Positions 6,475 to 13,659 of a stretch of DNA of 13,659 bases are shown here, piece by piece. Where the stretch lies: assembly GCA_035285545.1 (NCBI GenBank), contig JAYKGY010000033.1:1-13659 (forward strand), given 5' to 3'. Source of the stretch: Snowella sp. GTDB lineage: Bacteria > Cyanobacteriota > Cyanobacteriia > Cyanobacteriales > Microcystaceae. Position 1 is the first letter of the stretch. Each line of letters starts with the position of its first letter. The position numbers and the translations under genes are program-made. The notes beneath the pieces were generated by a model. The model did no database searches, was not told the DNA's origin, and worked only from the letters and a program-made list of their open reading frames with translations.

Positions 6475-7875
6475 ATGCTACGACCACGAACTGTTAGAGA
6501 AGGCTCTGTCGGCTTATTTGCTCTACTGGGTTTAGTTCTATTCGGTGGTGTTGCAGTTTGGTTACGGGGGGGCGGATTTGGCGAAGGAAATTATCAAATA
6601 GTGGTCGAGTTTGACGATGCCAGTGGTTTACAGCTTGGGGCACCTGTCCGGTTTCGGGGGGTCAATATTGGCAGAATCCGTGAACTCTTACCGGGGAGTA
6701 ATGGGGTTGAAGCAGTGCTAGAAATTGCCTCTAAATCGATTCGTATTCCCAGGGACGCAACTATCGAAATTAGCCGTTACGGTTTAATCGGAGAAGCTTC
6801 CGTGGATATTATTCCTCAAATTAAATTATCGGAACAGGCTTTAGCGATCGCGCCCGACAGTGCAGAATGCCAACAGCAACAAAAAATTATTTGTGCCAAC
6901 GACCGTCTAACCGGAGAAGCCGGCAGCCAATTAGTCAGCAGTTTAACGCGCCTAAGCAATACCTACAGCGATCCCAAATTTGTGGGAACCATTAGTCAAG
7001 CCATTCAGAATGCGTCTGAAACGGCGGTGCGAATCTCTAAAATGAGTGATGAAATCGCGCTTCTGTCTAAAACTGCCCGTTCTCAAATTAGTGGAGTAAC
7101 CCAAACCACCACAGCCATTACGAATGCAGCCAATCATGCCGGACAGTTAACTCAAAATCTCAATCAAGTTGTTCTACTCAATCAAGCCACCCTAACCCGA
7201 ACCATTTCCGAAGCTTCTAAGCTCATGACTAATCTGAATAATTTAGTCAATCAAAATCAGGGACAGATTACCGATACCTTATTGAGTATTCAAGGCACCA
7301 GTCGCCAAATCCAAGTCTTAACTCAGGGATTAGACGCTTCCGTTGTGCAACTTAATACCGGGTTAACCGCTGTCAACCCCGAAGAACTCGCCAAAAATCT
7401 TCAAATTGTCGTCACAAACGCCAACGAAACTACCCGTAATCTGCGAGAAATTTCTGAAAATTTGAATAACCCTGCCATTTTATTAACTGTTCAGCAAACT
7501 TTAGATTCGGCGAGAGTAACCTTCGAGAATGCTCAAAAAATCACGTCTGATGTGGAACAATTAACGGGTGATCCGACTTTTCGGAATAATTTACGTCGTC
7601 TTGTGGATGGGCTAGGAAATTTGGTTTCCTCAACTGAAAGTTTAGAACAGCAAATTCATGCCGGAAAAGTTCTGCGATCAGCTTCTATTCAATTGCAGTA
7701 TCAAATCGACGTTCAGCAACGCTTAGCCCATTATCAAACTGAAACCCTCAAAATTGCTAAAGAAAACGCAGAACAGGCACGTAATCCGCATACGTCCCTT
7801 GATAACCCTGTTTCACCGCTCTTGTTAGCCAAGCCCTATCTCAAAGCGTCACCATTGCCCAATATGATTAAGTAA
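6475..7875 (+). CDS. MlaD/MCE-family protein (Ycf22/TGD2-like lipid transport component)
   Basis: N-terminal REGSVGLF plus a single TM helix, MCE domain motifs (F.DASGL..GAPVRFRGVNIGRI, GLIGEASVDI), then a long helical region with DVEQLTGDPTFRNNLRRLVDGL, typical of the cyanobacterial/plastid family. Confidence 0.9.
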   Translation: MLRPRTVREGSVGLFALLGLVLFGGVAVWLRGGGFGEGNYQIVVEFDDASGLQLGAPVRFRGVNIGRIRELLPGSNGVEAVLEIASKSIRIPRDATIEISRYGLIGEASVDIIPQIKLSEQALAIAPDSAECQQQQKIICANDRLTGEAGSQLVSSLTRLSNTYSDPKFVGTISQAIQNASETAVRISKMSDEIALLSKTARSQISGVTQTTTAITNAANHAGQLTQNLNQVVLLNQATLTRTISEASKLMTNLNNLVNQNQGQITDTLLSIQGTSRQIQVLTQGLDASVVQLNTGLTAVNPEELAKNLQIVVTNANETTRNLREISENLNNPAILLTVQQTLDSARVTFENAQKITSDVEQLTGDPTFRNNLRRLVDGLGNLVSSTESLEQQIHAGKVLRSASIQLQYQIDVQQRLAHYQTETLKIAKENAEQARNPHTSLDNPVSPLLLAKPYLKASPLPNMIK

Positions 7876-7886
7876 TGCACAGAGGC

Positions 7887-7935
7887 TAATCAGCAACGAT
7901 TAATTTCTTTGCTTATCCCATTTTCTTGCTGATTA
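7887..7935. terminator. Inverted repeat between convergent genes (possible bidirectional terminator)
   Basis: TAATCAGCAA (7887-7896) and TTGCTGATTA (7926-7935) form a perfect 10-bp stem. The 29-nt loop is large for a classical terminator. Confidence 0.45.
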
Positions 7936-8014
7936 TTGAGATGCGTAACCCCTGCGGAAGTTGGCAGATCATACTAATTCATGAAAATAATGAATTGACT
8001 GGTAGAGTGAGAAT

Positions 8015-8530
8015 CTACATTTTCTCTAGATTAGCGTTAATGTTAGCTAAAAATTGAGTAAGTTGGGCCTTGACTGACTCATGGGTATATTCATCATCAG
8101 GATGGGCAGGACTACCAGGTTGTTGAAAATAGGGTCGTTCCTCGTACATTTGACCCCATTTAAAATCCACTTGATGGACTAATTCATATAATTCAGTAGG
8201 TTTCTCTAAAATGGGTGTGATTAATTCTTGAAGGGCTAAAAGGGGTTGGTCTAAATGATGGCTAATTGGTTCATCCGCTTGATCAACCAGTTGCTTCAAT
8301 ACTGCTTGTAATGCCCCTGATGAATCCTGAAGGTGTTCACCAATAAACAGCTTAAGTTCGGTTTTAATTTGTACCAGTCTGGGAACGGGGGATTCTCCTT
8401 TTAAAAAATCACCTCCCGCTTGGCCAATCACATCCGCTAAGGTAAATTCTCGACCAGCGATCGCATCAAAAAATATTTCGCGGTCTCTTTCATTGGAGTT
8501 AGGAATTGGCAAATCGGGTTGTTTGGACAT
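8015..8530 (-). CDS. Conserved hypothetical protein (helical, acidic)
   Basis: Uninterrupted ORF with protein-like motifs (GREFTLADVIG, DFLKGESPVP, WGQMYEERPYFQQPG, HPDDEYTHESV). ATG 8530 is preferred over GTG 8542. No function recognised. Confidence 0.8.
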   Translation of the reverse strand: MSKQPDLPIPNSNERDREIFFDAIAGREFTLADVIGQAGGDFLKGESPVPRLVQIKTELKLFIGEHLQDSSGALQAVLKQLVDQADEPISHHLDQPLLALQELITPILEKPTELYELVHQVDFKWGQMYEERPYFQQPGSPAHPDDEYTHESVKAQLTQFLANINANLEKM

Positions 8531-8563
8531 AAGACTAAACACTGAGTATTGAGGTTTAAAATT

Positions 8564-9145
8564 TCACGATTCTTCGCGGTATCGACGAGCTAATAACTCA
8601 TTCGCTTCAGCTAAATCAAACGCTTCGGGATCAAAATCGTCTCCAATCCACTCCAACATATTTTCATGTTCAGGATGGGAAGAATCTTGAATCGCTTCTA
8701 AAAAATCGGGATATCCGAAAGGGCCACCACAATCTTCAGGCGGACAAGCGCGTTTACCTTTGATACAAATCGGATAATTAACGTCGGGATCGCGGGCTAA
8801 AATTTTTTCGATTAAAATTTCATGTCTCCAATCATCTCCAAAATCATAGGTATAGAAAAATTTAAACTTCTCGCCTTTGATAACTTGAGATAGCTTAAAT
8901 TTTGTTTCATCCTCTACATAAAAATCATACTCAGGGGCCGGTTGACCATACTCATGCCGATCAATGTCAAACTGATGTAAATGGCAATTGAACCAGCCCA
9001 TGGAATACTGGATGATTCGGTGCAATTCGGCGAGCGTGGTGGAACTCAAAACCTGAACCCGTCTCCAAATCGGTGGTCGAATACTTTTCAAGGAAATTTT
9101 AATTTGATAGACTGTCGTGTCTTTATTTTTTTGTGAAGTTGCCAT
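8564..9145 (-). CDS. Plasmid pRiA4b ORF-3 family protein (MM3350-like)
   Basis: Diagnostic motifs YQIKISL..PPIWRR, TLAELH.IIQ..MGW...HLHQF, YTYDFGDDWRH, CIKGKRACPPEDCGG and FDPEAFD. Confidence 0.92.
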   Translation of the reverse strand: MATSQKNKDTTVYQIKISLKSIRPPIWRRVQVLSSTTLAELHRIIQYSMGWFNCHLHQFDIDRHEYGQPAPEYDFYVEDETKFKLSQVIKGEKFKFFYTYDFGDDWRHEILIEKILARDPDVNYPICIKGKRACPPEDCGGPFGYPDFLEAIQDSSHPEHENMLEWIGDDFDPEAFDLAEANELLARRYREES

Positions 9146-9268
9146 GATTCCAGAATTAATTGATGTTATAGTCTATTTTCTGAATATATCCATATTACTT
9201 CACAAATTTCTCCCCAATCTTAAAAATAACGCGATCGCCGATGTTGATGATATGAGGACTCTGATAAA

Positions 9269-10372
9269 ATGCCGTCTTCTCCGTTATTAATTAATCTTTC
9301 TTTTTTATTGTCAGAGCCAACGGGAATTAGTACCTATGCGGCTAATGTTTTTCCCTATTTAAAAAATCTAGAGCCAACCCTATTAACCGCCCATGAGTAT
9401 CCTCAATTTAATTGTTATCCCATCCCCCCTAATTTAACCCCTGCTCAGGGAACCAAAGGTCATTTTAATCGCCTCTTGTGGACACAATTTGAGCTACCTA
9501 AGATTTACCAAAAACTTAACGCAGATTTACTTTTTTCTCCCATTCCCGAAGCACCTTTATCAAAAAAGATCCGCACAATTATCATGGTGCATGATTTGAT
9601 TCCCTTACGTTTTCCTCGCTGGAAATCTCCCTTGACCCAATACTTTAAATGGTGGTTTCCGCAGGTTATTCGTCAAGCAGAGCAGATTATTTGTAACTCC
9701 CAAGCAACGGCTGATGATTTGGTTAATTTCTTCCAAATTCCTAGTAGTAAGATTACGCCGATTTTGTTAGCCTATAATTCCCAACATTTCCGTAAAATTG
9801 ATTCCTTAAGTTTACCCGAAACTCCTGCTCAGCCCTATTTTCTTTATCTCGGTCGCCATGATCCCCACAAAAACTTGGCCCGTTTATTAACTGCGTTTAG
9901 TAAACTGCCCCAATGTCAGGATTATCAACTGTGGTTAGCTGGGCCAACGGATCAACGGTATACGCCAAAATTGGCAGCCCAAGCCCAAGAATTAGGCATT
10001 GATCAACAGGTTAGGTTTTTAAACTATGTATCCTTTGAGCAGTTGCCCATTTTGTTAAATCAAGCCTTTGCTGTGGTTTTTCCGTCCTTGTGGGAGGGGT
10101 TTGGGTTTCCTGTCATTGAAGCGATGGCCTGTGGTACGCCGGTGATTACTTCTAATTTATCCTCTTTACCGGAAGTGGCAGGGGATGCGGCCCTGTTGAT
10201 CGATCCTTATCAAGTCGATGAACTCACTAACGCAATGTTGATGCTAATTAAGGAGGATTCTCTGCGATCGCAATTGATGAGTCGAAGTTTAGAACAGGCT
10301 CAAAAATTTAGCTGGTCAAAAACCGGACAAGAAACAGCAGCCGTTTTACAACGCTTTTGCGAGCTTAGTTAG
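9269..10372 (+). CDS. Glycosyltransferase family 4 (GT-B fold, mannosyltransferase-like)
   Basis: Motifs MVHDLIP, ICNSQAT, YLGRHDPHKN, FPSLWEGFGFPVIEAMACGTPVITSN (Ex7E) and FSW.KT. Confidence 0.93.
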   Translation: MPSSPLLINLSFLLSEPTGISTYAANVFPYLKNLEPTLLTAHEYPQFNCYPIPPNLTPAQGTKGHFNRLLWTQFELPKIYQKLNADLLFSPIPEAPLSKKIRTIIMVHDLIPLRFPRWKSPLTQYFKWWFPQVIRQAEQIICNSQATADDLVNFFQIPSSKITPILLAYNSQHFRKIDSLSLPETPAQPYFLYLGRHDPHKNLARLLTAFSKLPQCQDYQLWLAGPTDQRYTPKLAAQAQELGIDQQVRFLNYVSFEQLPILLNQAFAVVFPSLWEGFGFPVIEAMACGTPVITSNLSSLPEVAGDAALLIDPYQVDELTNAMLMLIKEDSLRSQLMSRSLEQAQKFSWSKTGQETAAVLQRFCELS

Positions 10373-10401
10373 AGCGAATAGATTGAGGAACAAACTTTGG
10401 C

Positions 10402-12642
10402 TTAATTTAAAGCACTTTTCATATAGGTTCCCCACAGACTCGCTGCTTGGGCACTACTGCCCCGCGTTGGAGAATTATTGTCATTCCCTAACCAAATTCC
10501 GGTTACTAAATTGCGTTGGGGAATCAAACCAATAAACCATAGATCAACCCCCCGATTGGTTGTCCCCGTTTTACCGGCTGCCCCAAAACCAATATTAGCG
10601 GCTCGACCCGTTCCCGTTGCTACCGCCTCTCGGAGCATCCCCGTCATGGTATGGGCTACTTCTGCGGAAATTGCTTGGTGCTGAGCGGTGCGATCGCGAT
10701 CAAAGGCGTAAATTTCCCGACAAGTTTCAGGTTTTTCATAATTCTCACAATCCCCGCCGTCTAAAATCCGACGAATCGCGTGGGGACGGTTCCAAATTCC
10801 TTGATTGGCGAGGGTGGCATAGGCTCCGGTCATTTCTAAAACGGAAACTTCGCTTTGCCCTAAGATCAGGCCCGGAGAAGCGGTTAGGGGAGAACGAACC
10901 CCCATTTTTTCTGCGGTATTTATCACCTGATCCAAGCCGACCTGTTGGGCAATTCGTAAGGCGATCGCGTTTTCCGACTGAGCTAAACTGTGGGCCATTG
11001 TAATATTCCCGCCATTCCGCTCACAGGGCTTAAACACCTGACCTTGCCAACGGACTCCTGTACAGGGATAGGTCGAATAGGGAGAAATTCCCTGCTCTAA
11101 AGCGGCGACATAGGCAAATACTTTAAAAGTCGAACCTGGCTGACGTTTAGCCTGCGTAACTCGGTTATATTGACTGAGTTTATAATCCGCTCCCCCGACG
11201 AGGGCGACAATTTCTCCGGTACGGCTATCGAGGCTGACTAATCCGCCTTGGGAGTAACGAAACTGTTGTCCAGCCCCATTAATGGCGGTTTTTAAGGAGC
11301 GTTCCGCTTTGGCTTGAAGTTTGGGATCTAAACTCGTTTCGACGATAAAATTGCCTTCTTTGGCCACATCTTCTCCCAATAATTGCTGTAATTCTTGGAA
11401 GACGTAACTATAAAAGTAGGGAGCCATCATTTTGGATAGGGCTTGATGGGCTTTGGGGCTGACTTCAATCCGCGATCGCCGCGCTCTAGCTGCCTCCTGT
11501 TCACTGACCATCCCTAACATTACCATGCGATTAATGACTCGATTTCGCAGTTCTACGGAAGTTTGATAATTCTGGACAGGATTGTAGAGATTCGGCGCGG
11601 GTAACATAGCCACTAAGGTTGCCGCTTCCGCCAGAGATAGATTTCTGGCCGACTTATCAAAATAGAATTGGGCCGCATCCTCAAAGCCATAGCTCCCCAC
11701 CCCCAAATAAACCCGATTGAGATAGGTTTTTAAAAGGTCATTTTTGCTATAAAACGCTTCTAATTTAAGGGCAACTAAAATTTCTCGGATTTTGCGCCCG
11801 GCTGTATTTTCCCGCCCCACTTCGGTAAAGAGGCTACGGGCTAACTGTTGGGTGAGGGTGCTAGCCCCTTGGCGAATTCCCCGATCCTGGGTATTGACCA
11901 CCAACGCTCGCGTAATGCCGATGGGATCTACCCCTAAATGCCAATAAAAACGGCTATCTTCCGAAGCCATTACCGCCTTAGGTAAGTAGGGAGAAAAATC
12001 ACTCAAGTTTTTTAATTCTTGATGGGTTGCACGGGTCATGGGGTTTAGGGGCGTTTTTCCATCTTTGGCATAAATCACCACCGGCCCAATCACCCCAGAG
12101 GGTAAGGGGCGCACCGAAACTTTTGTCCATTCCCAACCGATCCAAGTCATTAACAAGGCACCGAGTAAACCTGCCCCACCTAGACCGTAGCGCAATCCCT
12201 GAATCCAGACTGGAGGCGGATTATGATAGATCAGTTGGGTCACATTTTCGAGTTCGGGAGGGCCTAAATTGATAATGTCTCCATGCTTCAGGGGTAAGGT
12301 TTGGAGGCGTTTGCGTTTTAAAAAGATGCCATTGGTTGAATCTTCGTCTGTGACGTAAAAATGATGGGGATTTTCTGGATCGCGATGGAGAGAGCAGTGG
12401 GTCTGGCTGACGACGGGATTTTTGATGAGAATGTCGCAGGTACGAGAACTCCGACCAATGATATAGCGATCGCCGAGGAGGGGATATTTTTCGACTTTTC
12501 TACTATTTTGGCTTTCTTTAACCCATAATTCGGGAACCCTTGCCCCTTTTTTGATAGCAGGTTTAGTCCCGTTGAAGCCCGCTAATCGTTGAACAGCTTG
12601 GGTAACGAGTTGACTAAGGGGTTGAGTTGAGGGTTGGGTCAT
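10402..12642 (-). CDS. Class A penicillin-binding protein (transglycosylase + transpeptidase) with N-terminal FHA domain
   Basis: FHA motifs (IGRSS, VSQTH, STNG), then a TM helix, GT51 motifs (EDSRFYWHLG, GASTLTQQL, RKIRE, YLN) and transpeptidase motifs SxxK (STFK), SxN (SEN) and KTG (KTGT). Confidence 0.95.
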   Translation of the reverse strand: MTQPSTQPLSQLVTQAVQRLAGFNGTKPAIKKGARVPELWVKESQNSRKVEKYPLLGDRYIIGRSSRTCDILIKNPVVSQTHCSLHRDPENPHHFYVTDEDSTNGIFLKRKRLQTLPLKHGDIINLGPPELENVTQLIYHNPPPVWIQGLRYGLGGAGLLGALLMTWIGWEWTKVSVRPLPSGVIGPVVIYAKDGKTPLNPMTRATHQELKNLSDFSPYLPKAVMASEDSRFYWHLGVDPIGITRALVVNTQDRGIRQGASTLTQQLARSLFTEVGRENTAGRKIREILVALKLEAFYSKNDLLKTYLNRVYLGVGSYGFEDAAQFYFDKSARNLSLAEAATLVAMLPAPNLYNPVQNYQTSVELRNRVINRMVMLGMVSEQEAARARRSRIEVSPKAHQALSKMMAPYFYSYVFQELQQLLGEDVAKEGNFIVETSLDPKLQAKAERSLKTAINGAGQQFRYSQGGLVSLDSRTGEIVALVGGADYKLSQYNRVTQAKRQPGSTFKVFAYVAALEQGISPYSTYPCTGVRWQGQVFKPCERNGGNITMAHSLAQSENAIALRIAQQVGLDQVINTAEKMGVRSPLTASPGLILGQSEVSVLEMTGAYATLANQGIWNRPHAIRRILDGGDCENYEKPETCREIYAFDRDRTAQHQAISAEVAHTMTGMLREAVATGTGRAANIGFGAAGKTGTTNRGVDLWFIGLIPQRNLVTGIWLGNDNNSPTRGSSAQAASLWGTYMKSALN

Positions 12643-12833
12643 CGGCGATCGCTGAAAGTGTCCCGAAAGGAACGCTAGATATTTTAGGTAAAAACGAATA
12701 CAGTATGGTTTCGATTCTAATCGATAGCTTTTACCTTTGGCTCTCTACTATATGGGGTTCAGGCAATGGAAACATCTTGACAGGGACAGAAACCGAGCCG
12801 TCACCGTAGAATATTCGAGCACCAATCCTTAAT

Positions 12834-13229
12834 TTATTCCTTAAGCCATTGAAATGAGACAAAGTTAATTAATAAGCCAATCATGAACAAAATTACCATT
12901 AATACAATTTGATACCAAATAATCGGCTGCACCATCAGATCAGCAATCAAATGGGAAAAGTTCAGCATCGTATAGGCAAGTGTTAAAGCAAAATGGAATT
13001 TTCGATAGTTTTTGGAATTTGTAAAGGTTGTTCCAATAATCGCGGCCATTGGTATGACAAAAAAGCCCAACATTAGCCACATGATGGGAGCAATTTCATC
13101 CATACTATTCGCAGGAGAGCTAGTGATATTTAGGTCATGAAAAAGTGGCATTAACCCTAAATCAGTATGAAAGAGAAGCCCTAGCAAAAAAACAATCCAT
13201 AAGATAATAATTTTATTTCTTGGACTCAT
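12834..13229 (-). CDS. Small integral membrane protein of unknown function (about 4 TM helices)
   Basis: 131 aa ORF with an ATG start and four hydrophobic stretches. Polar residues occur in or near the membrane segments (FHTDLG, PLFH, NFSHL). Confidence 0.8.
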   Translation of the reverse strand: MSPRNKIIILWIVFLLGLLFHTDLGLMPLFHDLNITSSPANSMDEIAPIMWLMLGFFVIPMAAIIGTTFTNSKNYRKFHFALTLAYTMLNFSHLIADLMVQPIIWYQIVLMVILFMIGLLINFVSFQWLKE

Positions 13230-13533
13230 AATATTGATTAAAAAATGTAAAAAAAGAAGAATTTATTGTTAAACCAGATAGGTTTAAAGAATTGAGCCAA
13301 TGGGAGTAGTCCAAAAGGCTTAGAAAGGAAAAACTCCCTAAAATATCGGCAAACAAATACAATTTTCGTATCTATTTCGTAAAACAGTGTTTGAATGACG
13401 AATTGTTTTACCCTACTATTTTGGCTTAAATCACGACCGAATTTTTTAGGCAATTGATCTAGATTGGAGCGGTCAATGAATTTACTCGCGATCGCGTCTA
13501 TTTTGACGATAAAAACTGAGATGAATTAAAATA

Positions 13534-13659
13534 TAAGTAGGTCAACCAAATAAAGCGTAAAATAGTAAGAGGAAAGAAAAAAGTCGAGAAAGTAAATGCC
13601 TGCTCCCCTCAAAATTAGTTTAACTAAGGAAGAAGAAATAACCCTCCGCGAACTAAGCT
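13534..13659 (+). mobile_element. Left end of an IS630-family-like insertion sequence
   Basis: TA-AGTAGGTCAACCAAATAAAGCGTAAAAT begins at 13534, about 60 nt before the transposase-like start. A TA target and an AGTAGG-type terminus fit cyanobacterial IS630 elements as I recall them. The exact boundary cannot be verified because the partner IR is outside the window. Confidence 0.6.
13596..13659 (+). CDS. IS630-family transposase / HTH protein, N-terminal 21 residues (runs off the window)
   Basis: Manual translation gives MPAPLKISLTKEEEITLRELS..., resembling the MPAPL.I.LT.EE..TL.EL N-terminus of cyanobacterial IS630 HTH ORFs. It is not in the ORF track. Confidence 0.7.
   Translation, partial: MPAPLKISLTKEEEITLRELS

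Larger units (their letters stand above)
377..13495. repeat. Dispersed HIP1 octamers (GCGATCGC)
   Basis: At least 17 copies, starting at 377, 1403, 2593, 3028, 4101, 5235, 5655, 6844, 8457, 9231, 10264, 10690, 10961, 11472, 12466, 12645 and 13488. Far fewer than one copy is expected by chance at this base composition. Confidence 0.95.

Noticed and set aside
6952..7137. 61-aa minus-strand ORF
   Set aside because: Antisense shadow within the MCE gene.
10478..12809. + strand ORFs 10478-10684, 10617-11003, 12027-12272 and 12627-12809
   Set aside because: Antisense to or overlapping the PBP gene and its promoter, with no recognisable domains.
13348..13386. GGCAAAC...CGTAAAAC resembling a c-di-GMP-I riboswitch
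   Set aside because: No GNRA-capped P2 stem, no GxCGCAAAG junction or closing helix, and no suitable downstream gene on that strand.
13238..13453. 71-aa minus-strand ORF
   Set aside because: TTG start and Phe/Lys-biased composition caused by A/T runs. It overlaps the likely promoter of the membrane-protein gene.
377..13495. Recurrent GCGATCGC as a CRISPR or novel repeat
   Set aside because: It is the well-known HIP1 octamer, irregularly spaced and mostly inside genes. No repeat-spacer array exists in the window.
1..13659. Composite transposon bounded by the two terminal IS elements
   Set aside because: The elements belong to different families (ISL3 versus IS630-like) with unrelated ends, and the cargo is HIP1-rich housekeeping DNA.

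Overview
Cyanobacterial chromosomal segment, judged from at least 17 HIP1 GCGATCGC octamers and genes typical of unicellular Synechocystis/Microcystis-like taxa. Two partial insertion sequences missing from the ORF track bracket the window. At the left, the 3' end and right inverted repeat of an ISL3-family element has inserted into the last codons of a P-loop ATPase gene and supplies its stop codon. At the right lie the left end and first 21 codons of an IS630-like element. Between them are: the P-loop ATPase, a PyrF-PyrE fusion whose decarboxylase half has lost its phosphate-gripper motifs, a secreted stand-alone FecR-domain protein with Cys-bounded loops and a Pro-rich tail ending in PVRGLW, desA (delta-12 desaturase), an RRM rbp gene with rbp-type 5'UTR boxes, an MlaD/TGD2-like MCE protein, a pRiA4b-ORF3 protein with a conserved hypothetical partner, a GT4 glycosyltransferase, an FHA-domain class A PBP and a small membrane protein. 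No rRNA, tRNA or CRISPR array was seen. The best candidates for undescribed biology are the PVRGLW-tailed FecR protein (possible C-terminal sorting or anchoring signal) and the possibly pseudo-enzymatic PyrF domain. Both are inferences that need database or bench tests.
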